Shown: positions 30,467-44,180 of the stretch, one piece after another
How positions within the stretch are numbered: position 1 is the first letter of the stretch
Layout: every line of letters begins with the position of its first letter
Source: Lingula anatina
Taxonomy: Eukaryota > Animalia > Brachiopoda
Length of the DNA stretch: 64,000 nucleotides
Direction of reading: 5' to 3'
NCBI GenBank assembly: GCA_051362555.1
Contig: CM120648.1
Span: 17,728,587 to 17,792,586, forward strand
Program-made: the position numbers and the translations under genes
Notes under the pieces: generated by a model
What the model was told of the DNA's origin: nothing
The model's input: only the letters and a program-made list of their open reading frames with translations
Databases searched by the model: none

Positions 30467-31512
30467 TGGAATTCACGTGGATAGTTTTGTAACAGTGCTT
30501 TTTATTGGAGCAAATTATTCACATGCGGACTATATGTAACATAGCTTTTGATTGATGCAAAAGGGATGAGTCTTTGGCATTGTTTTTGATGACAGCAAAC
30601 TGGTACAATTCTGTGTAACAAGACGTGATTGGAGAACAGCAGGAAGTTTGTTACACGGTATCTGATTGGAGTAAATTAGTTTATCTTGGTGTCATTATGC
30701 TGAAGGGAAGAAAACTCTTTGGTCTGTATGTGTAACAAGCATAAACCCTTCAGCATAATTTTCAAAGTTGATGGATTTTATATAAATATATCATGAATAT
30801 ATGCTCTTTGTGCTAGTATAATATTTGGTTTTCCTCCTAGAGACAAGAAACCCGTTTCCTTTATTGATAAATATGTATTCATTAAGTATATTTAAATTTA
30901 TATACTTACAACTTTGTCTAAAAGAATGTTTTGAACTTCCACTTATTAAATTGTTAGTAAATCAGAAATAAGAAACTCGTCTAGATTTTTAGGAACGTGC
31001 AAATGATGAAGTAACTTGACAATAGAGTTGGCAGTACCTGTTGCTGCCTTTGAAGTTCTGAAAAATAAAATGTTTTAAATTTTAAATCGGAAGTGAAAAT
31101 AAATGTGATGGTTGTTTTTCATTTGTCAGTCATTTGTCAGTTCATTTCATAGTCTTTTTTTCTGTGACAAAAACTTCTTTAAAATGTGCTTTAAGCAAAT
31201 TTTTTTATGTTGTTAATTGCTGGTACGCCACGTTTCCCCCTAACACAAACCATGATGCCAGCTCTAGTCCGTATTAAGTAATGGGCGAAACTTATCCCCA
31301 TTGAACATGGATCTGATGTCAATAGCACCAGAAATAGGGCGGGGAATAGAATGTGGTCCTCCTACCTCAAAATTATAATATCATACACTTAAATAAACTA
31401 TACGGGTGGGATACATTTTTTAACGCGTCATGGCTGTAGCAACCCTTCAGCGCATGGTGTAAGAATATGACTAAGTACTTCCGCGGTCCTCAGCGTGTGA
31501 CGTCATCCTCAC

Positions 31513-31782
31513 CAATGGCGGACTTGGGGGTGGTCTCAGGGGGGTCCTGCCCCCCCCTCGATTTCTGAAAAAAAAATCACACCTACGGTCCCCTTTTAAA
31601 ATTAGAATTTTGACCAGCTGAATCATATTTCTTAACCGTACCAAATGGCACCTTTCGCCCTTTAAAATACCAAAATATTTGGGGCCCTTCACTGAGCCCT
31701 TAAACCGCCAAAAGTGATGGGGGGTCGGTTTCGCATCCGCGCCCCCCCCCCCCTCCTTGAAATAAACCTCGATCCGCCCCTG
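31513..31782. mobile_element. MITE family D (CA..GGCGGA / TCCGCCCCTG), 5-bp TSD
   Basis: Flanked by CTCAC/CTCAC; partial reverse copy at ~33276-33490. Confidence 0.75.
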
Positions 31783-31791
31783 CTCACCTAC

Positions 31792-31822
<31 letters not shown>

Positions 31823-32451
31823 TTGGCCCATACACGGGACCTACAATAACTCTATGCTAGAGGCCAAATGAGTGATGAAATTCATTCCATACCAAATGTG
31901 TACAGTAGACAAAAGTGAACCGATTTAACCAGAAACATGTGCCGTGTTGATATTTAGTGAAAAATCAATGTGGCCTTTCCATTGATGGTTCATGGTACGG
32001 CGAATAAGAACACATTGAAAAACTATAGTGAAAACAGAAGAAGTAATACATCCTAATGTATTTCCAAGCAAAATTAAATCTTCATTTTGACGTGAAGCTG
32101 TTGAAATCATGATAAAAAATCCAAGCGATGCTGCGCACTACGCATATGCATCTTGTCGTCTGCTATCGAGTCTAGCTAATTTGGAAGCAAAAACGCTATG
32201 ACGTCCAAACAATAGATTAAGCGTCATTTATACTCTTCATCTTAAAGCGTTGGCACTTACGGGAGTGTCAACATTTCCCGACTCATCCTTAATCTTGAAT
32301 ATGTTTGTTCGCTGGTTTAAGAGAAGTGGGACATATATTATAGCACCTGTATGACAATGTTATACGCGCCACTAGTGCCCCTTGAAAAACCAATCTGAGA
32401 TTAAATCGCGGTCACGGAGAACCGTCACACCCACGTGACCGTCACGTTTAA

Positions 32452-35400
32452 AGGGACAAAAAATAGGATTAAAAACGCCTTTTTAGTGCATGGATTGCTT
32501 CTTTTTTAACTTATCTGAGAACAATTGCTGTGGGTAAAGCATAAAATGGCAGGTAAATGGCCTTAATCAATATCGAAAAAAAGAATCATATTCACCGTCC
32601 ACTTTCGAACCCCGGGCGTCAGCCATCTTGACACAGTTTGAAATAACGCGGCTTCTCGACTCAGATACGAGATGTAAACAATGCAGACAGCATGTCGTTT
32701 CGAAGGTGAGCGTGGACGTGAAGGAGAAGAGGAATTGCTCACCGAATCTTTGCAGGTAAGCGAGTTATATTTACCAAAAGTACTTTAAAATGGGAAGATG
32801 GCAGTGGAAATCAAAATGTCTGGCAGAGGAAGTTAAAAAGCGTAGATAACTGCTAATAATTAACGTTTCCTCGTGTAACGCACTCGCAGCCAAATCACTC
32901 GCACTGGATACGTACTACTAGTTATATGAAGCGAGATAGTGCACTTTACCCCTGAGGTGTATAGTTCTGTAAAGCAGGAGGAATACCCTTTTCTGCTCAA
33001 TGTGGTCATCTACCAGTACTTACAGACTAACCTCACACCATATTCTCGCAGGGGAATCCCATGAGATATACAATGTAACTCGAGTACTAGTGGGGTTAGA
33101 GGGTGTTCTTTGTACGGCACGTAACTACGTTAGCTTATTTGTAAATTTAATAATATTGTCAATGAATATGATTATAAGGAATGATTTTTTAGCCTTTCAG
33201 AGGAGGAATTGGGTGATACACCCCTTCAAGCACGAGTGAAGAGATCAGGTATGTTAATAATTTTAGCAGTATAACATGGGCGGATCCAGGATTATTTGAA
33301 AGGGGGGGGGGGGGGTCCGCGGATGCAAAGCCGACCCCCCCTAGTTGGCGTGGGGTCCTGGGCCTGCTTAAAACTTTGGTATTTTAGAGGGTGAACAGTG
33401 CCATTTGGTACGGTTTAGCACTTTACTGTAGTAAATTAGCTAGTCAAAATTCTAATTCCAAGTGGGGAATATTAGTGTGATTTTTTTACATCAGTCTTTG
33501 AAACCATGTGTGATTATGTTATTTCTTCTTGTGGCCTTTATGATTTAATGCAGCTGCAGATATTTAAATTTAATTTTTTTTTTTGCCATAATCAGACTTG
33601 CTTCTTTATAATAAGCTGATTATCATGTAGTGATCATGCCCTCTAATTTGTTGATTTTTGTTAAAGAATAGTGCTGTTATGATAATATCAATACATTTTT
33701 TTCTTTATAACCATTTTATGTAATTTTACTATTACAGTGCCTCAAGTTATGTCTGGAAAACTCATACCAGGAAGCACTCCAATCTTACAATACTGCATCA
33801 CTTCAATGTCGGTGTGACAAGTTGTGTAAAAGACTGCTACAAAAAATTTGCAGCGATGACCACATGATCCACCACCTTTTACCAAAACCGAGTGAACAGT
33901 TTTATATTATAATGCCCATGTACATGTATTTAAAGTGACAAGACTGAGATCAGCGAGAGCCTCAAGGCCTTTATTTTCTGTGCATTGTCAACTCTTCAAT
34001 AATTTTATAATTTTGTCAAATACATCCAAAGATTCGATTCTAATGCAATACTTGAAAACTTTTTTAGAATATATTTTAATGTTGAACATGTTTTTCTAAG
34101 AACTAGGCCTTTAGTAAATTAACAACATGTACTATCCAACTGTTATTATTATTAACATATTGTTATGTACAAAGCATAAGCTGCAGTATCAATGTAACAT
34201 TAACTGGGTAGAGATTATGAATGAAATAAAAGTTTAAATATTGAAACATCTTTTATTTATATTTGGCAAAAATACAAGAATAAACAAAGTTTGCTTCATA
34301 AGTTTGGAATTTGGCCAAATCATCTTTATTATTACCTGTAACATGTAATGAATAAGACATACACAGATTCTGTAAGCTAGAATGCATAATTATTTTCATA
34401 CTCATTAATGCCATCTTCATAAATAAGCCTTCTATTCAAGCATTCACAAACTTTCACATTGTGCAGTACACATTATAGTATGATAACATTTTTGAGAGAG
34501 ACTTATTAATAGCCAGGCTATCATGTTAAGAGTCTGATGTACATGCAGACCCATGAGGATTGCAGATCAACAAATTATCCCCCTCTCTGTCAGTGTATTG
34601 ACTCATGTGAGCTGTCTCCATGCAAAGGGATGTGTCATAAGAAAGGACCAACCCAACTTACACAAACATAAATTGTTTCATCAGTAAGATATTCACACAT
34701 ACTTTTCCAAGATGTGCAGGGAATAAATAGAAAGGTATAAATATTTCTTTAAAAAATACAGGCATAGCTTCCCTGCATGAATTCTAAATAATGGCTGAGT
34801 GGAGAATTGAATACAGGCACAAGTGTTCACTCAAACCATTTTTGTAGGTCTTAAAAGAAATGACATGCAGTCATTTGCCAAATACAGAATTTTATGCTGT
34901 AACAAAGTCACAAAACTGCAACTGGTGATCTTACAAAATCTAACAACACACTGGTTTAAAATCAAGTTGAAATCACAATATGCCACCAGTACCATATTCC
35001 ATAATACATTTGATGTCATTTAGATTTAAGAAGTAAATGCTGGACCAAAATGGTTTATTCTCAATATCAGGCATATGACTTAGGTTTGGGAGGAAAGACC
35101 ACCTTGATTTCCAATCTGTCTGCATTATAGCATACATGTAAGTGCTAGATGGTTTGAAGTCAGCAGATTATGCTTTGTCACATTGGCAAGATGAGTTCAC
35201 TGAATATATCCTGTAAGCAGCACTCGAAAGTCAGGAAAAGTCTCTCACTATCCAACTCGTCCCCGCTTTGGACCCTCAAGAAAAGTTCATCTTTTTTTGG
35301 TGGAGAGCCATGGAGTTCCTCTTCCATGTAAAAAACTCTTCTTCAGGACATCATACTGGCAGTTGCTCATAACCTTTAGGTCTAAAAAAGCAAATCAAAA

Positions 35401-37620
35401 TAATAATAATAATAATTTATTAAGATTGCAACCCAGTGGGTTGAAGTTGTACATAGTGTTAAGAAAATTATAATGAAAATAAAGTGAATATTTGCTTGAA
35501 TAAAACTGAGTTAAAAGACTGCTAATTGAACTTTAAAATTATTGTACTTAGGATAAGACAACATAATACTATTGGAAATTTAAAAGTGCATGCGGAATAA
35601 AAGAGCATCAGAATCTGTCAGTCTTAAATTGTGGCACTTTGTTACTATTGTTTGATCTTAAAAGACGATTGGATTGATCAATAAAGATGTGATTCAGTTT
35701 GTCAGAGGATTCAGTTATTTTGTAAAAGAAAGTTTTGCACAGATCTCTTCGTTTATCTAAAGTACACATATGCCAGGTTCAGGGTTTCATCATAGTGTAG
35801 GTCAGGGAAAATAATCTTCAAAGCACGAGTTTGGTCAGTCTCTTAGAGTTTGCATTGCTCTATAGTTAGTCCTGGATGCCACACAGGGCAGGCATATTCT
35901 AGAATTGAGTGCACAATACTTTGGTAAAGCTTAGCACGTTTCAGTTGACGGAGGAAATAGAGTCTTGCATTATGTTTACATTATGTGTCGCCAATTTGGA
36001 AAAAAAATTGATAAAAGAGAAATCATGCACCTATATGCCTAATATATGAGGAGTGAATATCAGCTTATTAAAATTCTGCTTACTCTAAAGACATGTTTTA
36101 GTCCCATGTTGGATCATCAGGATCCTTTAATTCCCTCTTTTTCAGCATCTTCCTCCTCTTCCATCTGCACTTCTTCCAGTTCAGGCATACCATAGGAAAA
36201 AGTTACCTTGATACTGCAACCAAAAAAAAAAAAAAGCAACAGTACATAAAATAAGATAATCGAGTTTGAGAAAAATTATGTAAAAACATAACTGAAATAA
36301 GTATAAAACTCAACTGAAATAAGTATAAATGCCATTTTTCTCAATATGATCACCTTAAATTATCTAGACTGTCATCTTCAACTGCACTAGTATTAACTAC
36401 AACTTAATTTTGAAGTTTCTTGATCACTTCATATTGGTTTAATCTCCGAAATACTGGTTGGAAGTTAAAATTGTATGATCTAAATTATTACTCTGGACTA
36501 TTTAATACATTAGAGAGATGTACCAAACATAAACATGCAATATCCCCTTTCTGATTTATTTATTTTTAATGTAAAAAGGAGACAAATTGTCTTTAAAATA
36601 TAAAATCAAAATACTACTATTTATTTTCACTTATAGTTGACATGCCATTTAACATTGGGTTAAACTTAGATACAATAACAGCTTCTGCACATTCATTTTG
36701 GGATTTAGATGCCTAAAGAAATAGCATCTTTGTCATATGTCTTAATTACTGTGGTATGCCTAGATGTTAGAGGCACAAGAAATGTGCCCTCGGTAAGTCA
36801 AAAATTCGCCCTGGTCATTGTAATGTATATGTAATGAGACTAGTATCTCCCACCATGTCCGTTTTTATTTAAACTTTCTTTGCTCTATAAACTAACCCAA
36901 ACCCTGTCAGAGTCGACATATGAGCAACACTTGCAATTTCTGTCATCGATACCACTCATATTAGTTACAATTTCATGGCATATTTTGACAGACGAACCTG
37001 ACAATCGTTAAGATATACAACGAACACACGTAAATAAACATAAATCTCTGTGCTTAATAAATATTTTCACTGGTGTCTTATCTCAAAGATTATTGTAAAT
37101 GGTACTCACAAATCCAGTAAATACTTCGCGGCCAGGCCATTCTTCGTATCCATGGCCACCCAAGAAGGTTTTCATCTGCCTTCTTCCTCGCCGGTGTTTA
37201 TTGTTTGCCTGTCGTACATTTGCTGATACACTGTTTTACGCATGTTTTTTGTAAAGGCTGTTTCTTTTTTCTTTTTGTTATCTGTCTTCGCTTCTTCGAA
37301 AGACTTCCAGCATAACTGAGCCTCCTGTTTCACGTTGTCCTTTCCCGGCAGCTTGAACTGGTTTTAATTAGGTCGCAATACGAGAATCTCGCGAGATCCG
37401 GAAGTCTAGAGAGCTCAATTATGAAAATGGAGGTGGTTGTTGGTAAACCTCCGCTTAAGCGGAGGTTTTCTTTTTATTGTATTTTCCAAAAATGTTACAG
37501 AGCGATGGCGAGTGCCGGGAATGATAGATTAAAGGTTGGTAAATCGCGGAAAAGTAGTGTTAACCTCGGGATAAATCAGGATAAATCAATTTTGGCGCGA
37601 AAATCCTCTTTTGTGTCCTT
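32452..37620. mobile_element. Decayed ~5.2-kb Kolobok-like DNA transposon
   Basis: TTAA at 32448-32451 and 37621-37624. Terminal IRs AGGGACAAAAAATAGGATT vs AAGGACACAAAAGAGGATT (16/19 identical). Promoter-like motifs near both ends, exon-like segments pointing inward on both strands, no long ORF. Confidence 0.6.
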
Positions 37621-37666
37621 TTAAGTGTTGTACTTTTAACTGCACGACGCAAAATAGCTAACTGCT

Positions 37667-38007
37667 CAGGCCGTAGCCAGCAATTTCTAAAGGGGGTCAT
37701 TTTTTGTAAAAGTGGAGCTTTTTACCATGAAATCTCGCGTTCCTAGATAAAATTTTATCCAGAGGGGGCCTTTTTCAGGGGGCGGATCCAGAGCTATTTC
37801 CTGACAGTCTTCCAAAACATCTTAATTGATCCATCCTCCAATTTTGACCGTCTTCCAACAGAAAAAAGATACCTTTTAATGAAAACTTGAAAATCTGACC
37901 GTCTTCTGGAAGACCCAGAAGACGGCCTAAATCCGCCCCTGTTTTCCAGGCAAAAAGGGGGTGCTTTCGACCCCCCCCCCCCCGAACCCCCTTTGGTTAC
38001 GGGCCTG
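37667..38007. mobile_element. MITE family E (CAGGCCGTAGCC / GGTTACGGGCCTG) with nested family D-like MITE (37776-37941)
   Basis: 5-bp TSD CTGCT/CTGCT; nested CAGGGGGCGGAT...ATCCGCCCCTG. Confidence 0.8.
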
Positions 38008-39072
38008 CTGCTAAATATATTAACAGACATAACAAGGTCCTCCATCAACAGGAAATAAATGGTTTATATATTAATTCAAACAATGAAATATACAATTTGA
38101 ATTGCTGAATTATGAAAATGAGAAGCCGTTAATCTTTTGATTGTATTGTATAAAATGCATAACTATCAACTGTCTTTATTCCACTGTCGCCTGCATCGTC
38201 TATTGAAGACTTGTCAACATTCTTCATAAATGATCTGTTAAATATCTTAAGCATTTTTGTGTTTTTATCAACCTGATTTTATTTCACTGTTTATCTGCCA
38301 GTCTTTTTTATATCTCTTTGTGTGTGCACGCGCGTGGTGGTCTTTTTAGTGAGGGAGTGACTGAGTGAGAAAAAATAAAAGTAAATTTGCACTTCAAATT
38401 TGACCTTAGTTACCTGGCTGCGGTCTTGTTCCGTTTTATGAAACAGTTTCATTTACTCTATATATCACGACGATCATAATTCATTCGGGTAATTCAAATC
38501 ACCTGTCATCAGCTTTCATCTTCAGCGTCGGAGACAAAAAAGAAGTTCTTTGTCAGCACTGACAGGTTGCAAGTTGTCCACCCTTTATGTCCTTAAAAGA
38601 AAGAAATAATTATTGAACTAGGGACGATCTATTTCACCACGGGGGGTGATGTTCATTGCCGTCTCCCACCTTAAAACAGAATCAGTGAACCCTCACGCAT
38701 AAGGCATACCCGTATTCAGTTCTGTTCCATAATGATTTATATATTTTCAGTTAATCATTTTTCAGTGTTTGAAATTCCATCCGAAATGCCTTCGGAATTT
38801 TCTGTCCTCCCTCCTCTGGTTGAATGGAGTGCCTTCTGTCTGATGGATGAGTCACAGAATGAAGTTCTTCACTCAAGGATTCGGTGGAAGCGCGCAGTTT
38901 TGACGAAACTGACGGCATTTAAATTCAAATTCAACTTAAAGTTGCCTGTTAATCGAGGATCTGTTTTTCAATTGGTCTGAGACATAACAATACCTTTATC
39001 AGCGCTTCTTGGTTGTTCACTTGTAAATTTTTCTCATTAAGTATTCTCTATTAAGACTTCACCTCATTTAAA

Positions 39073-42000
39073 ATGACTACAAGTGATGTCCGAAGGGCTT
39101 CCAGGATCTCAAGCCATATTTGGATCAGTCTACTGTTCTGTTTCATACTACTTTCTTTAAAAAACGCACATGTGGACGCTGAGCCTGCCTCGTGTATTGG
39201 TAATCGGAACGCCTACAAAGGGGACGAATATGATTGCAATAAGTACTGGATATGTGGGACAGGCTTCCAGTTGTCGTGTGCCAAGGGGATGGAATGGTCG
39301 GACCTGGCTCGGGGGTGCATTATGCCAAACACCAGCTTTGATGACTGCGGGGTAACCGGAAGAGGTGAGGTTTATTGATTGATTGGAATTTTAATTGATT
39401 GAGCATTGGATCTAATTGTTTTTTTTATTCAGTGTTCGATGACTGTGGGGGAACCGGCAGAGGTGAAGTTTATTCGTTGAATTTCCAATTGATTGATTGA
39501 TTGGTCTGTTAATCACTTGGTAAATTGTGATTGAAAATTTTATTTTGTGGTTGGAAAAGCACGAAAGATAGATGAGTAGAAATGAGTACAAATATATAAA
39601 TCAATCCACCGAAACCTACTAACAAGATTATTTCATCTGTTTTTATATTCATTTATCTAAACGTTTATATTCCTTTTTTTCATATACACGTACTTTACAT
39701 CTAAATGTTTGTATAGATCCACCAAGATTCAAGCTTATAAACAACTAAAAAATGACGTTCCATTTTGGTTTGAAGTGGGAGTCAACAGATATAAGATTGG
39801 ATTCAATCTTACGCGAATCGGATGTAATGCATTATTTAGGTTTCCAGGGGGTATAGTGCACTTTTTGGTAATTTTTTTTTCTATATATCGTGATGACCCC
39901 TAAAATACAAATCTGACGGGTAACAAAAATAAATCCTTGGGAATAATAACAAACCCAAGAAGTATATATTTTATGTTTTATCCTCACATGTGTCTGTATA
40001 AAACTTCACCGTTTTGCTTCCTTAACTTTTTATAAAGTTGTTATTATTATTAGCAAATGTTAGTATTAACTAGTGCCATTATTCACGTTTAAAACAATTT
40101 CATTTTTAAATACCATGAGCCTTAGACAATTATTAAGCAAAAATTCATTTTTTGTGCGCGAAACCTCAACACGTTTCCGTTAATTCCAAATCATGAAAAC
40201 TATTATTATTATTATATCCAAACGTGCGTTGTACACCTTAAATAGAGGGAGCGAGATGAAAATGCGATTTCTTTAAAGATACTATATTAATATGGATGTG
40301 ATTCAGATAAATATGAGTCTGCGCTTAATTACAATCATAAAGCAATGGGGCGAATGGAATAAAAGTTAGTGTGTTGATGGTATTTCACTGTGCAATATTG
40401 TTCCGCGGTAACCAAGTGCGGACATCGCGGAGAGAGAAACATCCCTTGTACACAGCCGACACAAACACCACAAAACAGCACCCGGAACGCCTCTTTATGC
40501 TTCGCGTGCCTGTAGGGCGTAACTCTCAAAATATTCATAGCAACAGTTATGTCGAACACGACCTGTCAACCGCAGCAGAGAGTTGAGCTATTGAGGCAAA
40601 AAAAAAAAAAACGAACACTAAACTTTCGGTCGTGAGTCAGATCACATTATTGGTAGTTTTCCCTCGCTCGTGTGTATCTTCTATAAGAAAGACCCATGCA
40701 TTCTTTCCAATGATGTAAAGCTCAAGAGGTTTCGTTAACTAAATTTATCTAGAATTTCAGAATCTACAGGTTATGCTTTGAAAAATGGGAAATTGGAGAG
40801 CATTAAAAATAATTCTTCGCAATTTACCTTCCAGGAAGTTTGGTGACTTTATCCACCCATCCAAAATAAAGTTAACTATGGAGTTCTCTTTAAACCAACG
40901 AAATTTGTGCAAAATTGGTTGTAAATAATAACTTTTGCTGACGTGTCACATCATAATTTTTAGGATGATGAGTCTTATTGGATATTTGATTTTTTTTTTT
41001 TATCCCTAAGGACATAACGTTTAATACAGGCAACAATTTGCTACATTATTATTATTGTTAAAATGATTTGGATTGTGGGGTTATACCTTTTTTGGCCAAA
41101 TCTCGAACAATCCATATTTTTGTTGCCTTTTTTCTTGTTGTGCTATGGTACACTGGGATGGAGGAGACATAAACGATCTTTCTCATTTACAGATATCAAC
41201 GAATGTGTTAGCGGAGCCCACACGTGCGACACAATCACCCAGGATTGCGTCAACACAATTGGTAGCTTTGAATGCCACTGTAAAACTGGCTTCGAACTGG
41301 TGGATGGAAACTGCACGGGTAAGGTGGTGACATCTATCGGATGTTTTTAAAGCTTGATACTCCATAGAATATGTTGGTGTAGGTTTCATCGTTGTCTGTT
41401 TAAATAAAATAAAAAGTGAAAAAAATAAATCGTTCCCTTAAAGTTAAGGCAACTCCGAAGTTCACATCAACAAATCATTGAATTAAGACCCTATGCTGAA
41501 TTGGCATAATCTAATGAAAGAAACGTACACCTTTAATCTCAGCGTGCTTTAGAAACGATTTACTTTTTATTTCACTCAATATATCAGGGCCGTAGCCTCC
41601 GGGGGGGCAGGGGGGCAGCTGCCCCCCCTGGAATTTGGAATTTTACACACCACACCCACCCTCCTCGGTAGCTTCGCCCCTTTGTGTCCGCTTACTGCCC
41701 CCCCTGGCATTTTGCTCAGGCTACGGCCCTGTATATACAGACTTAAGCATATTTCAGCATCATATATATATATATATCGGGTAATACTTTACATTATAGT
41801 GCATATGTTGGACGTTCCGCTATCTACAAGATATTTTAGGGCACATTAAAGCTGTCCTTTGTATTCTCACGCCGTTTCCAATACTGGTAGTGCAACAGTA
41901 ATTCACTCAATTCACTGGCACTCAATTCAAATATCAAATACTCCTTTTTTCTATTTATTTATTACCATATATTGCAATGAATTGCTGATACAAATGCAGT

Positions 42001-42509
42001 GCCTACCAAGTTAATGCTGAATGGGCTACAGTTATTGAAGTAAATAATTAAAGAAAATAATTAAATTTTTCCAGACATCAATGAGTGTGAAGATTCGAAC
42101 GGCATGTGCTCTCACACGTGCACTAACACCCCTGGAACGTATTTCTGCTCGTGTCCCCCAGGGTTTCAGCTGGCCACAGGACAGCAGATGTGTATAGGTA
42201 AATATTCTAGATATGAGGACCATTAATTTGAATAACGCATATAATAAAGGGGATGAGTATAATGTACAGTAATGTGTAAAGGTAAATATTCTAGATATGA
42301 GGACCATTAATTTGAATAACGCATATAATAAAGGGGATGAGTATAATGTACAGTAATGTGTATAGGTAAATGCACTAGAAATGTGGCTGGTACCTTGGAA
42401 GTCCACAATTTCTGGCTAATATAACGTATATAATATAACGTATATAATATAACGGACAAAGACCGTTTTGTAATGTGTAGGTGCACTGATAAATAGAGTT
42501 CTTTTTGTT

Positions 42510-42540
<31 letters not shown>

Positions 42541-43560
42541 TTCATTTCTTATATTCGTGTTTGTTTGATTAATTTTGAGAGAGAGAGAGAGAAGAGGGTA
42601 ATTTCGAATGTGAGGAGGGGGGAGGTAGATTTCCTACACCCCCGTATATAGATAAAATAAATAAGTAAATAAATAAATATAATAAACTGGACCCAGTTTT
42701 ATACCTAGATACTAGTATATATTGTGTTTGATGTCAGATATTGACGAGTGTACTGAGGATAACGGTGGCTGCAGTCAAAAATGTGCGAACGAGGCCGGAT
42801 CTTACCACTGCGAGTGTCTAAACGGCTTTAGTATGCTGGCGGACAACAGAACGTGTCAAGGTGAGTGTCTAAACGGCTTTAGTATGCTGGCGGACAACAG
42901 AACGTGTCAAGGTGAGTGTCTAAACGGCTTTAGTATGCTGGCGGACAACAGAACGTGTCAAGGTGAGTGTCTAAACGGCTTTAGTATGCTGGCGGACAAC
43001 AGAACGTGTCAAGGTGAGTGTCTAAACGGCTTTAGTATGCTGGCGGACAACAGAACGTGTCAAGGTGAGTGTCTAAACGGCTTTAGTATGCTGGCGGACA
43101 ACAGAACGTGTCAAGGTGAGTGTCTAAACGGCTTTAGTATGCTGGCGGACAACAGAACGTGTCAAGGTGAGTGTCTAAACGGCTTTAGTATGCTGGCGGA
43201 CAACAGAACGCGTCAAGGCGAGTGTCTAAACGGCTTTAGTATGCTGGCGGACAACAGAACGTGTCAAGGTGAGTGAATTATGATGGCGATTTATTTAGAA
43301 ATGTATAACAAATAACATGTCACCGGCATAATGTTTATTATTGGATCTTTTGGTATAAAACAGTAATAAATTATTTAAGAAATGTACCCCTTTACATCGT
43401 GGACGCCTCTGGTGCTAAAGCTTTTGTGTCTGCACTTGGCTGTTTCTAATATTATTTGATGTTATTTCATATTCCCTTTAAAATACAAATTTATATATCG
43501 TTAAAACTCACTTCCACAATACCAAATGGCCATGATAATAAGGCCTATTATCATAATCTA

Positions 43561-43592
<32 letters not shown>

Positions 43593-44141
43593 AATATTAA
43601 TATGCACCATGCTTATATTTCAGACAACAACGAATGTGCTGATGACAACGGTGGTTGTTACCACGCATGCGTGAACACTCCCGGAAGTTACTACTGTGTG
43701 TGTCTCCCAGGGTTCACCATGCTTAGTGACGGCAGAGAGTGCAAGGGTATGCCTCTCTGATGGCTGTCGTCCTATTGAATTGATGCATCTGTTTATCTGT
43801 CAATATTCATCCATTTTACAAGAATTATTTTCTTCATTTTAATTATAGCAGTTCATCTATTAATATTTATTTATTTATTTATTTATTCACATTTTGAAAA
43901 TAATTTAAAGTAACTGAAAGTAAAAAAAATGGTTGTTAGTAAGATAAGTTTCACACTAAGAAAAGATTCCAAGCATGTTTTTACATTGCATTAGCAATGC
44001 CTGTTTCATATCAGTGTCAACATAACTAATATCTTAGATAAACACTTACCTTGAATTTGTCTTGAAGTCTGGAACAGGATGAAAAGTTTGGTCTAGAGGT
44101 TCAAAACATCTTTCGAGCTGACGCTTTTTTATTTTTTATTT

Positions 44142-44180
<39 letters not shown>

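Noticed and set aside
35694-35793. Possible minus-strand C/D snoRNA (ATGATGA ... CTGA)
   Set aside because: No terminal stem or recognisable rRNA-complementary guide.
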